From the IMG/VR virus record IMGVR_UViG_3300034102_002416: 64,000 nt of DNA. One strand, written 5' to 3'. Numbering within the stretch: the first letter of the stretch is position 1; every line of letters begins with the position of its first letter. This DNA is from a virus. The position numbers were made by a program, and so were the translations under genes. The notes beneath the pieces were generated by a model, which saw nothing but the letters and a program-made list of their open reading frames with translations, did not search any database and had not been told where the DNA came from. Below are positions 9,440-18,546 of the stretch, one piece after another.

Positions 9440-9676
9440 TTAAAGCATTTCAACATCATTTATGTTGATAGAGAAATCACTTACAGATAGTGTATCTCCA
9501 TCCAATGTAAAATCTGTTCGATAGTCTAAAGGTGTACCTGCAGGTATATTTGAAGTGTCGATTTTTAATCCATATCCTGCTCCATCAACATAAACATTGA
9601 TGATTTGGTTGTAATCAAAATCAACTAATTCAACTGCTGTTAAAGTTTTGTCTTGTAAAAATTCTTTAAGTGTCAT
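9440..9676 (-). CDS. hypothetical protein (fibre module)
   Basis: 78 aa acidic beta-rich ORF in the same strand and operon. Confidence 0.6.
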   Translation of the reverse strand: MTLKEFLQDKTLTAVELVDFDYNQIINVYVDGAGYGLKIDTSNIPAGTPLDYRTDFTLDGDTLSVSDFSININDVEML

Positions 9677-9694
9677 AAATTTAATTGTTTTACA

Positions 9695-11926
9695 TTAATA
9701 TATATATGGCAAAATTATACGTACAACGTTGTTAAAACCAGATCCTGTAGGAACAAATGTAGTATCTATAGTACCATTTGTATTTAGTCTTGCAATTCGG
9801 TTTACTGTTGAGCCTGAATATGTAGTAAATCCTCCACCTATTAAGATTTTTTGCGTTTCTGGGTCTAATGTTATGTTGGATACTTCTCCATTAGCTCCAG
9901 ACCCTACATTGAATGTTGCATCTATAGTACCATTTGTATTTAGTCTTATAATTCGATTTGTTGATGAACCGGAATATGAAGTAAATGATCCCCCTGCTAT
10001 AATTTTTCCATCGGTTTGGATTGCTAATGAGGTTACTGAGTTATTTCCGAATCCAGTTCCTATATTGAATGTTGTATCTAGAGTACCATTTGTATTTATT
10101 CTTACAATTCGATTTATGTTTGAACCAGAGTATGAAGTCAAGGCCCCACCGGCTATTATACGGTTCGAAGAGTCGATAGCTAATGCATTTACAGTATTGT
10201 TAAATCCAGTTCCTACGTTAAACGTAGCATCTATAGTACCACTTGTATTTAGTCTTACAATTCGATTTATGTTTGAACCAGAATATGAAGTGAAATCACC
10301 TCCAGCTATTATTTTATTATCTGTTTGTATTGATAAACTACTAAGACCACCACCAAAACCAGTTCCTATACTAAATGTAGTATCTCTAGTTCCATTAGAA
10401 TTAATTCGAGTTATTCTGTTCTGTGTTGAACCAGAGTATGAAGTAAATGATCCCCCTGCTATAATTTTTCCATCTGTTTGTAATGTTAATGAATTTACAG
10501 TACTGTTAAAACCATTTCCTATGTTAAAAGAGGCATCTATACTTCCGTTAGGGTTTATTCTAGTTATATAATTTCGAGATGATCCTGAATAATATGTAAA
10601 AGTTCCACCAGTTATAATTTTTCCATCAGTTTGTGCTTTTAGGTCGCGTATATTAAACCAAAACCCATTAGAGGCTATTATACTATTAGAAGTAGTGCTG
10701 CCAGTAGTATTTAAAAAGGTTAATGAATCTATATTATTCCCTGTGAAATTACCTCCGACAACAATATTATTATTAGGTAGTTGTAATATTATATTTGGAC
10801 GAGTAGATGAATTTATCCCATGATTAAAAGAAGTATCTACAGTACCATCAGTGTTTAATCTAATAGTTCTTACAGCTAACGATCCTGAGTATGAGGTAAA
10901 TTGACCTTGTATTAATATTTTTCCATCAGATTGGATTCCAATACTATCTACTGTTGGTGTAACACCACCAATTCCAGTTCCTATATTGAATGTTGTATCT
11001 AGAGTACCATTTGTATTTAGTCTTACAATTCGATTTATGTTTGAACCAGAGTATGAAGTGAAATTACCTACAACTATTACTTTATCATCGGATTGAATTG
11101 CTAATGAATTTACCTCACTATTAAATCCAGTTCCTATATTGAATGTTGTATCTAGAGTACCATTTGTGTTTAGTCTTACAATTCGGTTTATTGATGAGCC
11201 TGAATATGAAGTGAAATTACCTACAGCTATTACTTTACCGTCGGATTGTGACACCATATAATTTGCTTGGCCATTTAATCCGCTGGTGCCAACATTATAA
11301 GTTGTATCTCTTGTCCCATCAGTATTCAAACGTATTATACGAGTTGCACCGGATGACGAGCCTGAATATGATGTAAATGCTCCAGAGGCTATTATTTTAT
11401 TATCTGTTTGTATTGATAAACTACTAAGACTACCGTTGAAACCAGTTCCTATATTAAATGTAGTATCTCTAGTTCCATTAGAATTAATTCGAGTTATTCT
11501 GTTCTGTGTTGAACCAGAATATGAACTTAATGATCCGCCAGCTATTATACGACCCAATGAATCTATACCCAATGTAACTACACCACTATTAAAACCTGTA
11601 CCTATATTAAATGTAGTATCTCTAGTTCCGTTTGTATTAATTCGGGTTATATATGGTTGGGATGATCCTGAATAGTTAAGGAATATACCTCCTAGTACTA
11701 ATTTATCATCAGATTGTATGCTATAAGTGTATACAGTGCCATTTAAACCGTCACCTTGATTAAAATTACTAGCCTGGGATCCACTTGAATCTAAAACTCT
11801 AAAATATGGGTTGGTATTAGTAGCATATGTATTAAAATCACCTCCTATATAATAACCATTAACTATTATCCCAGGGGTTGGTAGTACTAAAGATAAAGGT
11901 TGAATAAATGCAAATGGTGTAAACAT
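9695..11926 (-). CDS. delta-60-repeat beta-propeller protein, probable receptor-binding adhesin
   Basis: About 13-14 repeats of about 54 aa: IQxDGKIIxGGxFTSYSGS...RIxRLNTNGTxDTTFNIGTGFN, matching the delta-60 repeat consensus. Confidence 0.85.
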   Translation of the reverse strand: MFTPFAFIQPLSLVLPTPGIIVNGYYIGGDFNTYATNTNPYFRVLDSSGSQASNFNQGDGLNGTVYTYSIQSDDKLVLGGIFLNYSGSSQPYITRINTNGTRDTTFNIGTGFNSGVVTLGIDSLGRIIAGGSLSSYSGSTQNRITRINSNGTRDTTFNIGTGFNGSLSSLSIQTDNKIIASGAFTSYSGSSSGATRIIRLNTDGTRDTTYNVGTSGLNGQANYMVSQSDGKVIAVGNFTSYSGSSINRIVRLNTNGTLDTTFNIGTGFNSEVNSLAIQSDDKVIVVGNFTSYSGSNINRIVRLNTNGTLDTTFNIGTGIGGVTPTVDSIGIQSDGKILIQGQFTSYSGSLAVRTIRLNTDGTVDTSFNHGINSSTRPNIILQLPNNNIVVGGNFTGNNIDSLTFLNTTGSTTSNSIIASNGFWFNIRDLKAQTDGKIITGGTFTYYSGSSRNYITRINPNGSIDASFNIGNGFNSTVNSLTLQTDGKIIAGGSFTSYSGSTQNRITRINSNGTRDTTFSIGTGFGGGLSSLSIQTDNKIIAGGDFTSYSGSNINRIVRLNTSGTIDATFNVGTGFNNTVNALAIDSSNRIIAGGALTSYSGSNINRIVRINTNGTLDTTFNIGTGFGNNSVTSLAIQTDGKIIAGGSFTSYSGSSTNRIIRLNTNGTIDATFNVGSGANGEVSNITLDPETQKILIGGGFTTYSGSTVNRIARLNTNGTIDTTFVPTGSGFNNVVRIILPYIY
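9720..11850 (-). repeat. about 162-nt coding repeats, several nearly identical in DNA
   Basis: 10305-10442 vs 11388-11525 differ at only a few positions; 10052-10138, 10973-11059 and 11127-11212 are also nearly identical. Confidence 0.9.
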
Positions 11927-11929
11927 AAC

Positions 11930-12742
11930 TTATATCATATTTCTTACAGAACTTAAAAATACTGTTGTTGAATCAAATGTAATCATTGTTACAATATCAA
12001 TTGCGTTTGATATTTGTGAACCAGTATATGCAGAACCACTTGGTTGATCAACGGTAGATGGAAAACTTACTGTACCTGTTCCAGCTGAACCTTGATTTAC
12101 TCTAATATTGACTGTTTGTCCTGGTTGTAGGTTAGTTGGGTTAATATGGGTGTTTGCTCCATTTACTAAATTTAAAATAAAGAAGTTACCAAAAGACATA
12201 TTAAGTGAAGCAGTATTTGATGAAATGGAAAGTGTGGATACATTTCCACGTAATGAACCAGTTATTACTTGACTTCCTGTTATAGTTAATGAACCAGTTA
12301 TAAGAGTATTACCTGTTGAAGTAATACGCATTCGTTCAATTGATGAATCTGAATTAGAAGGTAAAGTAGTAGAGGGTGAAGTGCTAAATATTATATCATC
12401 TGCATAAAAATTCGTTCCAGCATTATGATTAAATTCTATTTTTGAAGTAATATTATTACTAGATCCAAGATCATAACCATGACCTATTTTCATAGATACT
12501 GGGGCTGAATTAGTTCCAATTATATTTGGTTGGGTTGAGGTTGTAGATATATGAAGACTATGAGCTGGGGTAGTTGTTCCAATTCCAACTATTCCACCAA
12601 ATGAAGCTGTTGAAGCATTCTGTGTAATTGAACCTGTAATTACTACTTGTTGATTAAGTGGGTTGACAAATGAAGCCGTAGATGCAAATGAAGCACTCTC
12701 TGCTGTTATTTGAAAACCGTTTATTTTGCTTACGTTACTCAT
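11930..12742 (-). CDS. tail fibre protein with C-terminal adhesin-adaptor-like domain
   Basis: VGIGTTTP...ERMRITSTGN fibre motifs; C-terminal GNFFILNL...VNQGSAGTGTVSF...AIDIVTM. Confidence 0.7.
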   Translation of the reverse strand: MSNVSKINGFQITAESASFASTASFVNPLNQQVVITGSITQNASTASFGGIVGIGTTTPAHSLHISTTSTQPNIIGTNSAPVSMKIGHGYDLGSSNNITSKIEFNHNAGTNFYADDIIFSTSPSTTLPSNSDSSIERMRITSTGNTLITGSLTITGSQVITGSLRGNVSTLSISSNTASLNMSFGNFFILNLVNGANTHINPTNLQPGQTVNIRVNQGSAGTGTVSFPSTVDQPSGSAYTGSQISNAIDIVTMITFDSTTVFLSSVRNMI

Positions 12743-14901
12743 ATCTCATACCAATCGTTAGATGGGTTAAATTTCATTATCCAATAGTCAGGTGTTGTTG
12801 CGCTGTTGTAGTACATATGGCCTACCACTCTCACATATCCTGAGGTTGGTTTAGTTGTAGTAAGGGATGACTGTGATCCGGTTAAATATACAGGCATACC
12901 GTAAAAGTTACTTCCTCTTACATATGGTACATCTATAATAGCAGATGAGGTTGTTACAGTAACTATTCCATCTATTAAGATACCACCTCTAACGTACCCA
13001 TTAGTACAAATTCCTAAAAGTTTTGTAGTATTATCTGTTGATTGGTCTGCTAGTTTCCATACACCATCTGTATCTAAAAATACAGTATTTGATGCTGTTA
13101 CTGCCAAATCAATATTTGGGCCAACCTCTATAAGTTTACCAGCAAAATTAGAAGCTATACTACCAAACCCGGTTGTGGTTGCAATAAATTCATCTTGAGA
13201 AGTTTCATTTGAAATTTCAATAGTAGGTCGATAATTTACTATATTAAGTCCAGAAGTACCACTCCAGTCTATTGATGGATTACCTCCGGTGTCGTCTGCT
13301 CGACGGTTTTCCCAATTTATAGATGTGTTACCTGACGAATCGAGATTAACTCTGTTTGTCCAATCACTTGATATATTACCGGCAGTATCTAATAAATAAC
13401 GGTTCTGCCAATCAATTGATTGAAGTTGGGTTGTATCATATGAAATACGATTTTGCCAATCTACGGAACTAATATTACTATCATCTGTTAATGTACTAGT
13501 TGCAGTATCTAGTTTAACATTAGTTCCATTATTTACAGAAAATGATCCAGTAACTCCTAAGCTTCCAGTTATCTGTGCTGAGCCAGTGTATGGGAATACC
13601 GGAGCATATGATGCTGATGTTGCGAATGATGCGGTACCTAGTAGTGACCCTGTAAATGAAGTTGCTGACAAACTTCCCGTTAATCCGTATGATCCGGTAA
13701 GCTGTCTACCACTAATCCAAACGCTTCCAGATTTTACTAATATATCACCAAAGGATGATGTAGTTGTAGTTTCTCTAACATCATGTAACTCCCCAATCTC
13801 CCATCCATTTGATATATGCGTAAATATAGATCCTACGGTATTATGCACCCTAACAATATATCCTAATAGTACTGTATGTTGTGGTGCTTGTGGCTGTGTA
13901 GTTGTCCATCCACCTGGGGTGGTTGGTGATAACCAAACTGGCGATCCGCCTATTGTACCACTGGTATTTATGTTATTAATAAATCCAAATGTAGTAACAT
14001 AACCTTCAGCACCAGATAATATAGATTCTGCAGTAAATCCTAAAGTTGTTGCTGAATATCCATCAGTCGTACCAATCGCTCTGTTAACCGAAGGTCTATT
14101 TCCTTGTGACCCGGAAACAAAAACTACTTCTCCTTTGTTTAAGGTAGTTCCTGTATTATTAAAAACCAATACAACATTTTCTTGACCTAACTCTACATTA
14201 ACGTTTCCGCCCTTTAACATTAAGTCTAACGTGCCGGCGCCATCATCCCAACCTAATTGCCCAACTTGAGTTACTCCACTCGCAGTTGTGTAAAAGTGTA
14301 TGCTGTTAGGATTGAAGATAGAACCAGATATGTTAAACGATCCAGTCATAGTAAGTGCTGAGCCGTCAAAGGTTAAAGCCGCTTCTCCGTTTAATTCTGG
14401 AGAGGTTCCGGTGGCTGTAATCAATCTGTTATTGACATTTGTACCACCGTTAAATGTAGCTCCGCCACCAGAACCTGATAGTAGATTTGTTCCAGCACCT
14501 CCGGCTGCAGCTGTTAGGTCAATGTATGCTCCTCTTGCAGCCCCTCCTTGTTCAAAAAATCGAATTTTATTTTGATACACATCAATGGTAACACCACTAC
14601 CAGTAAGGGATGTATTAGTAACCGGTTTGTTTAGCAGTATTTCTCCACCTTCATCTCCCGATTGATAAAGTACACTTAATTTAGAACCATCAAATGTTAG
14701 TAATGATTCAGCATTTAATGTGCCATCTCCGTTAGCAGTTAACACTCGAGTGTCTGCATCATTCGATATAGCAGGTGTTATGTTAGAAGCTGTTAGAGAA
14801 AATGAGGCTGTCCCAAGTAGAGACCCAGTTATACTAGGCGAATATAAAGAATTTAATGCAGCATCCGATCCGGATACTATGACTTTTTTCCATGCTGGCA
14901 T
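12739..14901 (-). CDS. tail fibre protein
   Basis: S/T/G-rich mosaic; TGSLLGTASF repeats; five SxDWxNR-type repeats; N-terminal WKKVIVSGS shared with 15391..16434. Confidence 0.75.
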   Translation of the reverse strand: MPAWKKVIVSGSDAALNSLYSPSITGSLLGTASFSLTASNITPAISNDADTRVLTANGDGTLNAESLLTFDGSKLSVLYQSGDEGGEILLNKPVTNTSLTGSGVTIDVYQNKIRFFEQGGAARGAYIDLTAAAGGAGTNLLSGSGGGATFNGGTNVNNRLITATGTSPELNGEAALTFDGSALTMTGSFNISGSIFNPNSIHFYTTASGVTQVGQLGWDDGAGTLDLMLKGGNVNVELGQENVVLVFNNTGTTLNKGEVVFVSGSQGNRPSVNRAIGTTDGYSATTLGFTAESILSGAEGYVTTFGFINNINTSGTIGGSPVWLSPTTPGGWTTTQPQAPQHTVLLGYIVRVHNTVGSIFTHISNGWEIGELHDVRETTTTSSFGDILVKSGSVWISGRQLTGSYGLTGSLSATSFTGSLLGTASFATSASYAPVFPYTGSAQITGSLGVTGSFSVNNGTNVKLDTATSTLTDDSNISSVDWQNRISYDTTQLQSIDWQNRYLLDTAGNISSDWTNRVNLDSSGNTSINWENRRADDTGGNPSIDWSGTSGLNIVNYRPTIEISNETSQDEFIATTTGFGSIASNFAGKLIEVGPNIDLAVTASNTVFLDTDGVWKLADQSTDNTTKLLGICTNGYVRGGILIDGIVTVTTSSAIIDVPYVRGSNFYGMPVYLTGSQSSLTTTKPTSGYVRVVGHMYYNSATTPDYWIMKFNPSNDWYEI

Positions 14902-14914
14902 ATTATACTCCTAC

Positions 14915-14976
14915 CATTGTGGTTAGATACATACACTTATGCCGTGTATATGCCTACTTCCTTGCGGCCTACAATG
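14915..14976 (-). ncRNA. candidate structured cis-regulatory RNA (three-way junction) in the fibre gene 5' leader
   Basis: Sense CAUUGUAGG/CCACAAUG closing stem, CC-GCAA-GG GNRA hairpin and a 13-position stem UAGGCAUAUACAC/GUGUAUGUAUCUA, located between the late motif and the AGGAG SD. Confidence 0.5.
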
Positions 14977-14993
14977 ATTTATTAATAAATATA

Positions 14994-15179
14994 TTAACGA
15001 GGTTTTTTACTGGTTTGTTTAGAATCCATTTGTTTAGCAATTTCTGCAATCTCTGATTCTAATTTAACCTGAAGTGATGCAATAGTTTTAGCATCTTTAC
15101 CAGTAATAGTGATTACATCTAATGATTGTCGTAAAATACTAATTTCTTGCGGTGTTAAATCTATAGCAAATAAATCCAT
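14994..15179 (-). CDS. small hypothetical protein
   Basis: 61 aa; LTPQEISILRQSL...ITGKD...LQVKL resembles the neighbouring ORF (LNTSELEFLLTML...LTGEQ...MVIKL), so probably a paralog. Confidence 0.65.
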   Translation of the reverse strand: MDLFAIDLTPQEISILRQSLDVITITGKDAKTIASLQVKLESEIAEIAKQMDSKQTSKKPR

Positions 15180-15181
15180 AA

Positions 15182-15370
15182 CTATTTAGTTTGTTCGGTG
15201 TATTGATTTTGTAATTTGATTACCATATTATAAAACAATTCAACTTGTTCGCCGGTTAATGTGGATGTACGTAACATTGTTAATAAAAATTCTAATTCAG
15301 AAGTATTTAACTGATTTACGGATTGATTAGCTTGATGTGCCGGTTTATTTATTTTATTTATGATACCCAT
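15182..15370 (-). CDS. small hypothetical protein
   Basis: Start moved to MGIINK at 15370, just downstream of a class II promoter; paralog-like to the next ORF. Confidence 0.65.
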   Translation of the reverse strand: MGIINKINKPAHQANQSVNQLNTSELEFLLTMLRTSTLTGEQVELFYNMVIKLQNQYTEQTK

Positions 15371-15375
15371 ATAAC

Positions 15376-15407
15376 TTATTATATATAATATTACGCATAA
15401 ATCCAAA
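15376..15407 (-). promoter_or_regulatory. class II promoter TTTG-N20-TATAATAA
   Basis: Same architecture and spacer as the elements at 9146, 24411, 42263 and 61861. Confidence 0.55.
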
Positions 15408-16434
15408 TATCACCTGCCGTAGATGTATACATTGCACCTTGAACTGCAAACTCACCAGTTACTGGTTTAGTAGCACCATGATTTGCTTCAGTAAATAAAT
15501 ATGGTACAAATGAACCACTAACTCCTCCAGCAGATGTCGGATCTAATGCATTGGTAGTATCAGTGACACCGGATTGGAATCCCCAACGATCTGTTGCTGC
15601 ATCAAATCCATATGCAATGTTACCAGCAGCATCCGAACCTCTATCGATAATAATACCACCATCACTTGATGCAGCAGATCCGGATGCTAACAAGATAAAT
15701 TTATCTTCTACATATAAATCTTGAACATTAATAAATGTAGTAGTACCATTAACAGTTAAATCTCCAGTTACAACTAAACTATTATTTACTGTAGTTGTAC
15801 CAGAACCAGCGCCTAAATTTAATGTTGTTGCTGCACCAAATGCGTTAACAGTAGTAGCATTGGTATTAAATACGGTGGCGGTTGCGGCGGTTGTAGTAAT
15901 ATCGCCGCCATTAACTGCTGCATCACCGGTTAATGTCAATCCTACAAATTGTGGCGAATCGCCAGTTTCTAAACCTAAATCGATAGTCGATCCTGCTACA
16001 CCGTTTGTTGTAAGTACAGCTTGTCCTTGACCCGGCGATGATAATACAGATGATGACACAATACCAGCTGGTAATTGAGCTGAACCAGACCAGACACCTG
16101 ATCCGTTAAGGATTTGTGCTTGTGTTATAGATCCGCCTAATGAAACAGAAGTTCCTGCTATTGTAATAGATGAATTTGTTAAGCTAGCATTTGGGATACT
16201 ACCGAGAGTAAATGTGATAGTGTCTGTAGTTGCATTTCCAGTAATATCTAATCCAGCACCAGATGATGATGCAAACGTTAATGTGTCAACGGATGAATCT
16301 GCAATTACAGAAATGCCGTTAATAGACATAGTAGCAAATGTATTTTGTTGTGTTACCGCGGTTAAATATCCAGCATCATTATTAAGTTGTGATATATTAC
16401 TACCGGATACAACTACCTTTTTCCAAACTGCCAT
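15391..16434 (-). CDS. tail fibre/whisker-like virion protein
   Basis: VTGDLTVNGTTTFIN...VEDKFILL...DGGIIIDRG fibre motifs; AAGGA SD; late motif at 16460-16468. Confidence 0.7.
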   Translation of the reverse strand: MAVWKKVVVSGSNISQLNNDAGYLTAVTQQNTFATMSINGISVIADSSVDTLTFASSSGAGLDITGNATTDTITFTLGSIPNASLTNSSITIAGTSVSLGGSITQAQILNGSGVWSGSAQLPAGIVSSSVLSSPGQGQAVLTTNGVAGSTIDLGLETGDSPQFVGLTLTGDAAVNGGDITTTAATATVFNTNATTVNAFGAATTLNLGAGSGTTTVNNSLVVTGDLTVNGTTTFINVQDLYVEDKFILLASGSAASSDGGIIIDRGSDAAGNIAYGFDAATDRWGFQSGVTDTTNALDPTSAGGVSGSFVPYLFTEANHGATKPVTGEFAVQGAMYTSTAGDIWIYA

Positions 16435-16485
16435 TTTATTCCTTTACTATATTTTTTATAATAAATATGTTAAAACTTAAATTAA

Positions 16486-16800
16486 CTAATCCAATCCTAC
16501 AAAAAACGAACCTGATGTAAAATATATTCCGCCATTCGGTGCTGGATTTGATAATTCTGCTGATTGTGTTGCTACTACAATAACTCGATCAGATTGTATT
16601 TTAAACAAATCAATGCTAGCAGATTTAACTAAAAATAAATCATTAACTGTGTTAACTTGAGCTATAACGCTACCACTAATAATTCTAAATGATTCACCGC
16701 CTCCACCGTTTGCGACGTAAGATGCTGTTAATGCAAAACTAGAAGATATATCATAAAGAGATCCGGTACGTAATTGTCCTGGTTTAAACTGCCTTGCCAT
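16486..16800 (-). CDS. small virion protein
   Basis: Start MARQFKPGQL overlaps the upstream stop (TAATG); C-terminus GGIYFTSGSFFVG resembles that of the next gene. Confidence 0.6.
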   Translation of the reverse strand: MARQFKPGQLRTGSLYDISSSFALTASYVANGGGGESFRIISGSVIAQVNTVNDLFLVKSASIDLFKIQSDRVIVVATQSAELSNPAPNGGIYFTSGSFFVGLD

Positions 16801-18020
16801 TATTGCCATCTCCCATTAATAACAACGCTATCTAATGTATCAATAGTATAACCTAAGCCTATAGTATCAAAAACAATAGTTTGTGTTGATGATAATGATG
16901 GTGTCCATGTATAAAGAGCTTTATCGATATATTGGCCGTTTATATAAACATTAAATTCATTTTTAGTTGCAGCAACTGTTGTTACTGAATTATATGCAGC
17001 TGAAGCTGTTACAGTTACAGTGTTATTTGAAACATATACTGCTGTTTTATCGGATAAATTAGTCAAGTATGCCATTACTTCTGCATTAATTGTAGCAGTA
17101 GTACCTCCAGATACTGAAACCGACCCACCGTTTGCTATATATCCGCGGCTTTGCATTAATGCAGGTGGAACTACTGTTGATGCAAATATATCTTCAGAAA
17201 CATCGACTACTTGATCGAATGAAAGTTTTTTAATAGAAAACATTTTTCGAAGTGTGGATCTACGTGCTTCTTGTTCAGATAGCAATGTACCTAATACAGT
17301 TAATGGTATAGTAGCTCTAACTAATCGGTCTTCTCCAACAGTGTTAACTGTTTCGAATGATACTGACCCTAATGTTGTTGAAAATTTATTGTTTTCGTTA
17401 CCCCACGCAAATCGCCCATATGGCATTATTTGATCGACCAGTGAATTCATTTGTGTGGTAAAATCACACCAAAGTAGCATGTCATATTCAACTGTTACGT
17501 ATTTAGGAATATCTACAACATATACTTTTTCTGATGGCTGTGGGTTATTAATTGGAATTGGAAACAATTCATCTTGATATCTGGAACGTTCATTGTATTT
17601 GGTTTTATAAATCCGTACGTTTTCAGATTGTGGTCTGTTAACATCCAATGATTTAACAGAGTCTCGTTCAACCATAGAGTTACGTTTCAACATGATTACC
17701 GGAGATTGTAACATTCCTTTTTCATCGCGTAAATATCCTAATCGACGCACATTGTCCCATTTTTCACCATTTGAAAAAATTACTGGTACATTGATAGTTT
17801 GACTATTAGCTGTTACTTGAGGCTGTATTTCGTTGTCAATAAACCATTTAATTGCAAAGTCAATATCATAAATATTTCGTTTTGCTGTACGTATTATGTC
17901 ATCATCTCGTCGAATTTGTTCTGCCCGATTCAAAAACAAATCATTTCCTAATCCTTCTGTTTGTGTGGGATTGGGTTTATTTGTTTTTCGATCAATATTT
18001 TGTCTATTTAATCTAGGCAT
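16800..18020 (-). CDS. tail terminator/sheath stabiliser (T4 gp15-like) with C-terminal extension
   Basis: VPVIFSNGEKW...PKYVTVEYDMLLW...QMNSLVDQI pattern; follows two neck genes. Confidence 0.65.
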   Translation of the reverse strand: MPRLNRQNIDRKTNKPNPTQTEGLGNDLFLNRAEQIRRDDDIIRTAKRNIYDIDFAIKWFIDNEIQPQVTANSQTINVPVIFSNGEKWDNVRRLGYLRDEKGMLQSPVIMLKRNSMVERDSVKSLDVNRPQSENVRIYKTKYNERSRYQDELFPIPINNPQPSEKVYVVDIPKYVTVEYDMLLWCDFTTQMNSLVDQIMPYGRFAWGNENNKFSTTLGSVSFETVNTVGEDRLVRATIPLTVLGTLLSEQEARRSTLRKMFSIKKLSFDQVVDVSEDIFASTVVPPALMQSRGYIANGGSVSVSGGTTATINAEVMAYLTNLSDKTAVYVSNNTVTVTASAAYNSVTTVAATKNEFNVYINGQYIDKALYTWTPSLSSTQTIVFDTIGLGYTIDTLDSVVINGRWQ

Positions 18021-18538
18021 TAAAATCCTTTATATGCAAAATTGTTATTTCCACCTCTTCTGATATTTGTGATACCTGTTGGTGTTTGTCGTGTTGCATG
18101 AGCATCACATAGAACAGACACACTATAACCATGTTTATCGCCGTTTGGCCAAGTGTCTGGATTTTTACCCGTAAAATACTGATTAGCATCTACGTTATCA
18201 AGTTCATAATATTCATTGTCCCAGAATATTATATCACCTACTTCAGGATAAAAATCAGCTCGTTCTAATATATCACGCGTTATTGCAAATTGTGCCGTAC
18301 GAGTATATGTATGACCGTAATCATCCATAACAGCATTTTTAGTTTCTTTTGTGATTAAACATGGAATTAAAATTGAATCATAATATGATTTTGATTCAGA
18401 TTCGCCATATACATTTGAATCGCTTCGTTCAACAATTAATTTGAAAAATTCAATTTCAGTGTCTATTATGGAATTTAGTAGTTCTGCATTGATTGATGCT
18501 AAAAATTTTGCGTCCCGCATTCCGCCAAAAAGTGCCAT
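18020..18538 (-). CDS. neck/head-completion protein (T4 gp14-like)
   Basis: NVYGES...YPEVGDIIFWDNEYYELDNV; gene order gp13-gp14-gp15. Confidence 0.7.
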   Translation of the reverse strand: MALFGGMRDAKFLASINAELLNSIIDTEIEFFKLIVERSDSNVYGESESKSYYDSILIPCLITKETKNAVMDDYGHTYTRTAQFAITRDILERADFYPEVGDIIFWDNEYYELDNVDANQYFTGKNPDTWPNGDKHGYSVSVLCDAHATRQTPTGITNIRRGGNNNFAYKGF

Positions 18539-18546
18539 ATTTACTC

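Noticed and set aside
9729-10571. 280-aa plus-strand ORF and the many other plus-strand ORFs in the track
   Set aside because: They are antisense shadows of well-supported minus-strand genes, with no SD or promoter motif and no recognisable protein features.
9720-11850. Regularly spaced DNA repeats as a CRISPR array or DGR template/variable pair
   Set aside because: The repeats are in-frame propeller blades with no unique spacers; differences are not confined to adenines and no reverse transcriptase is present in the window.
14915-14976. Hammerhead ribozyme or tRNA reading of the structured leader
   Set aside because: It lacks the CUGANGA and GAAA core on both strands and has no cloverleaf or T-loop.
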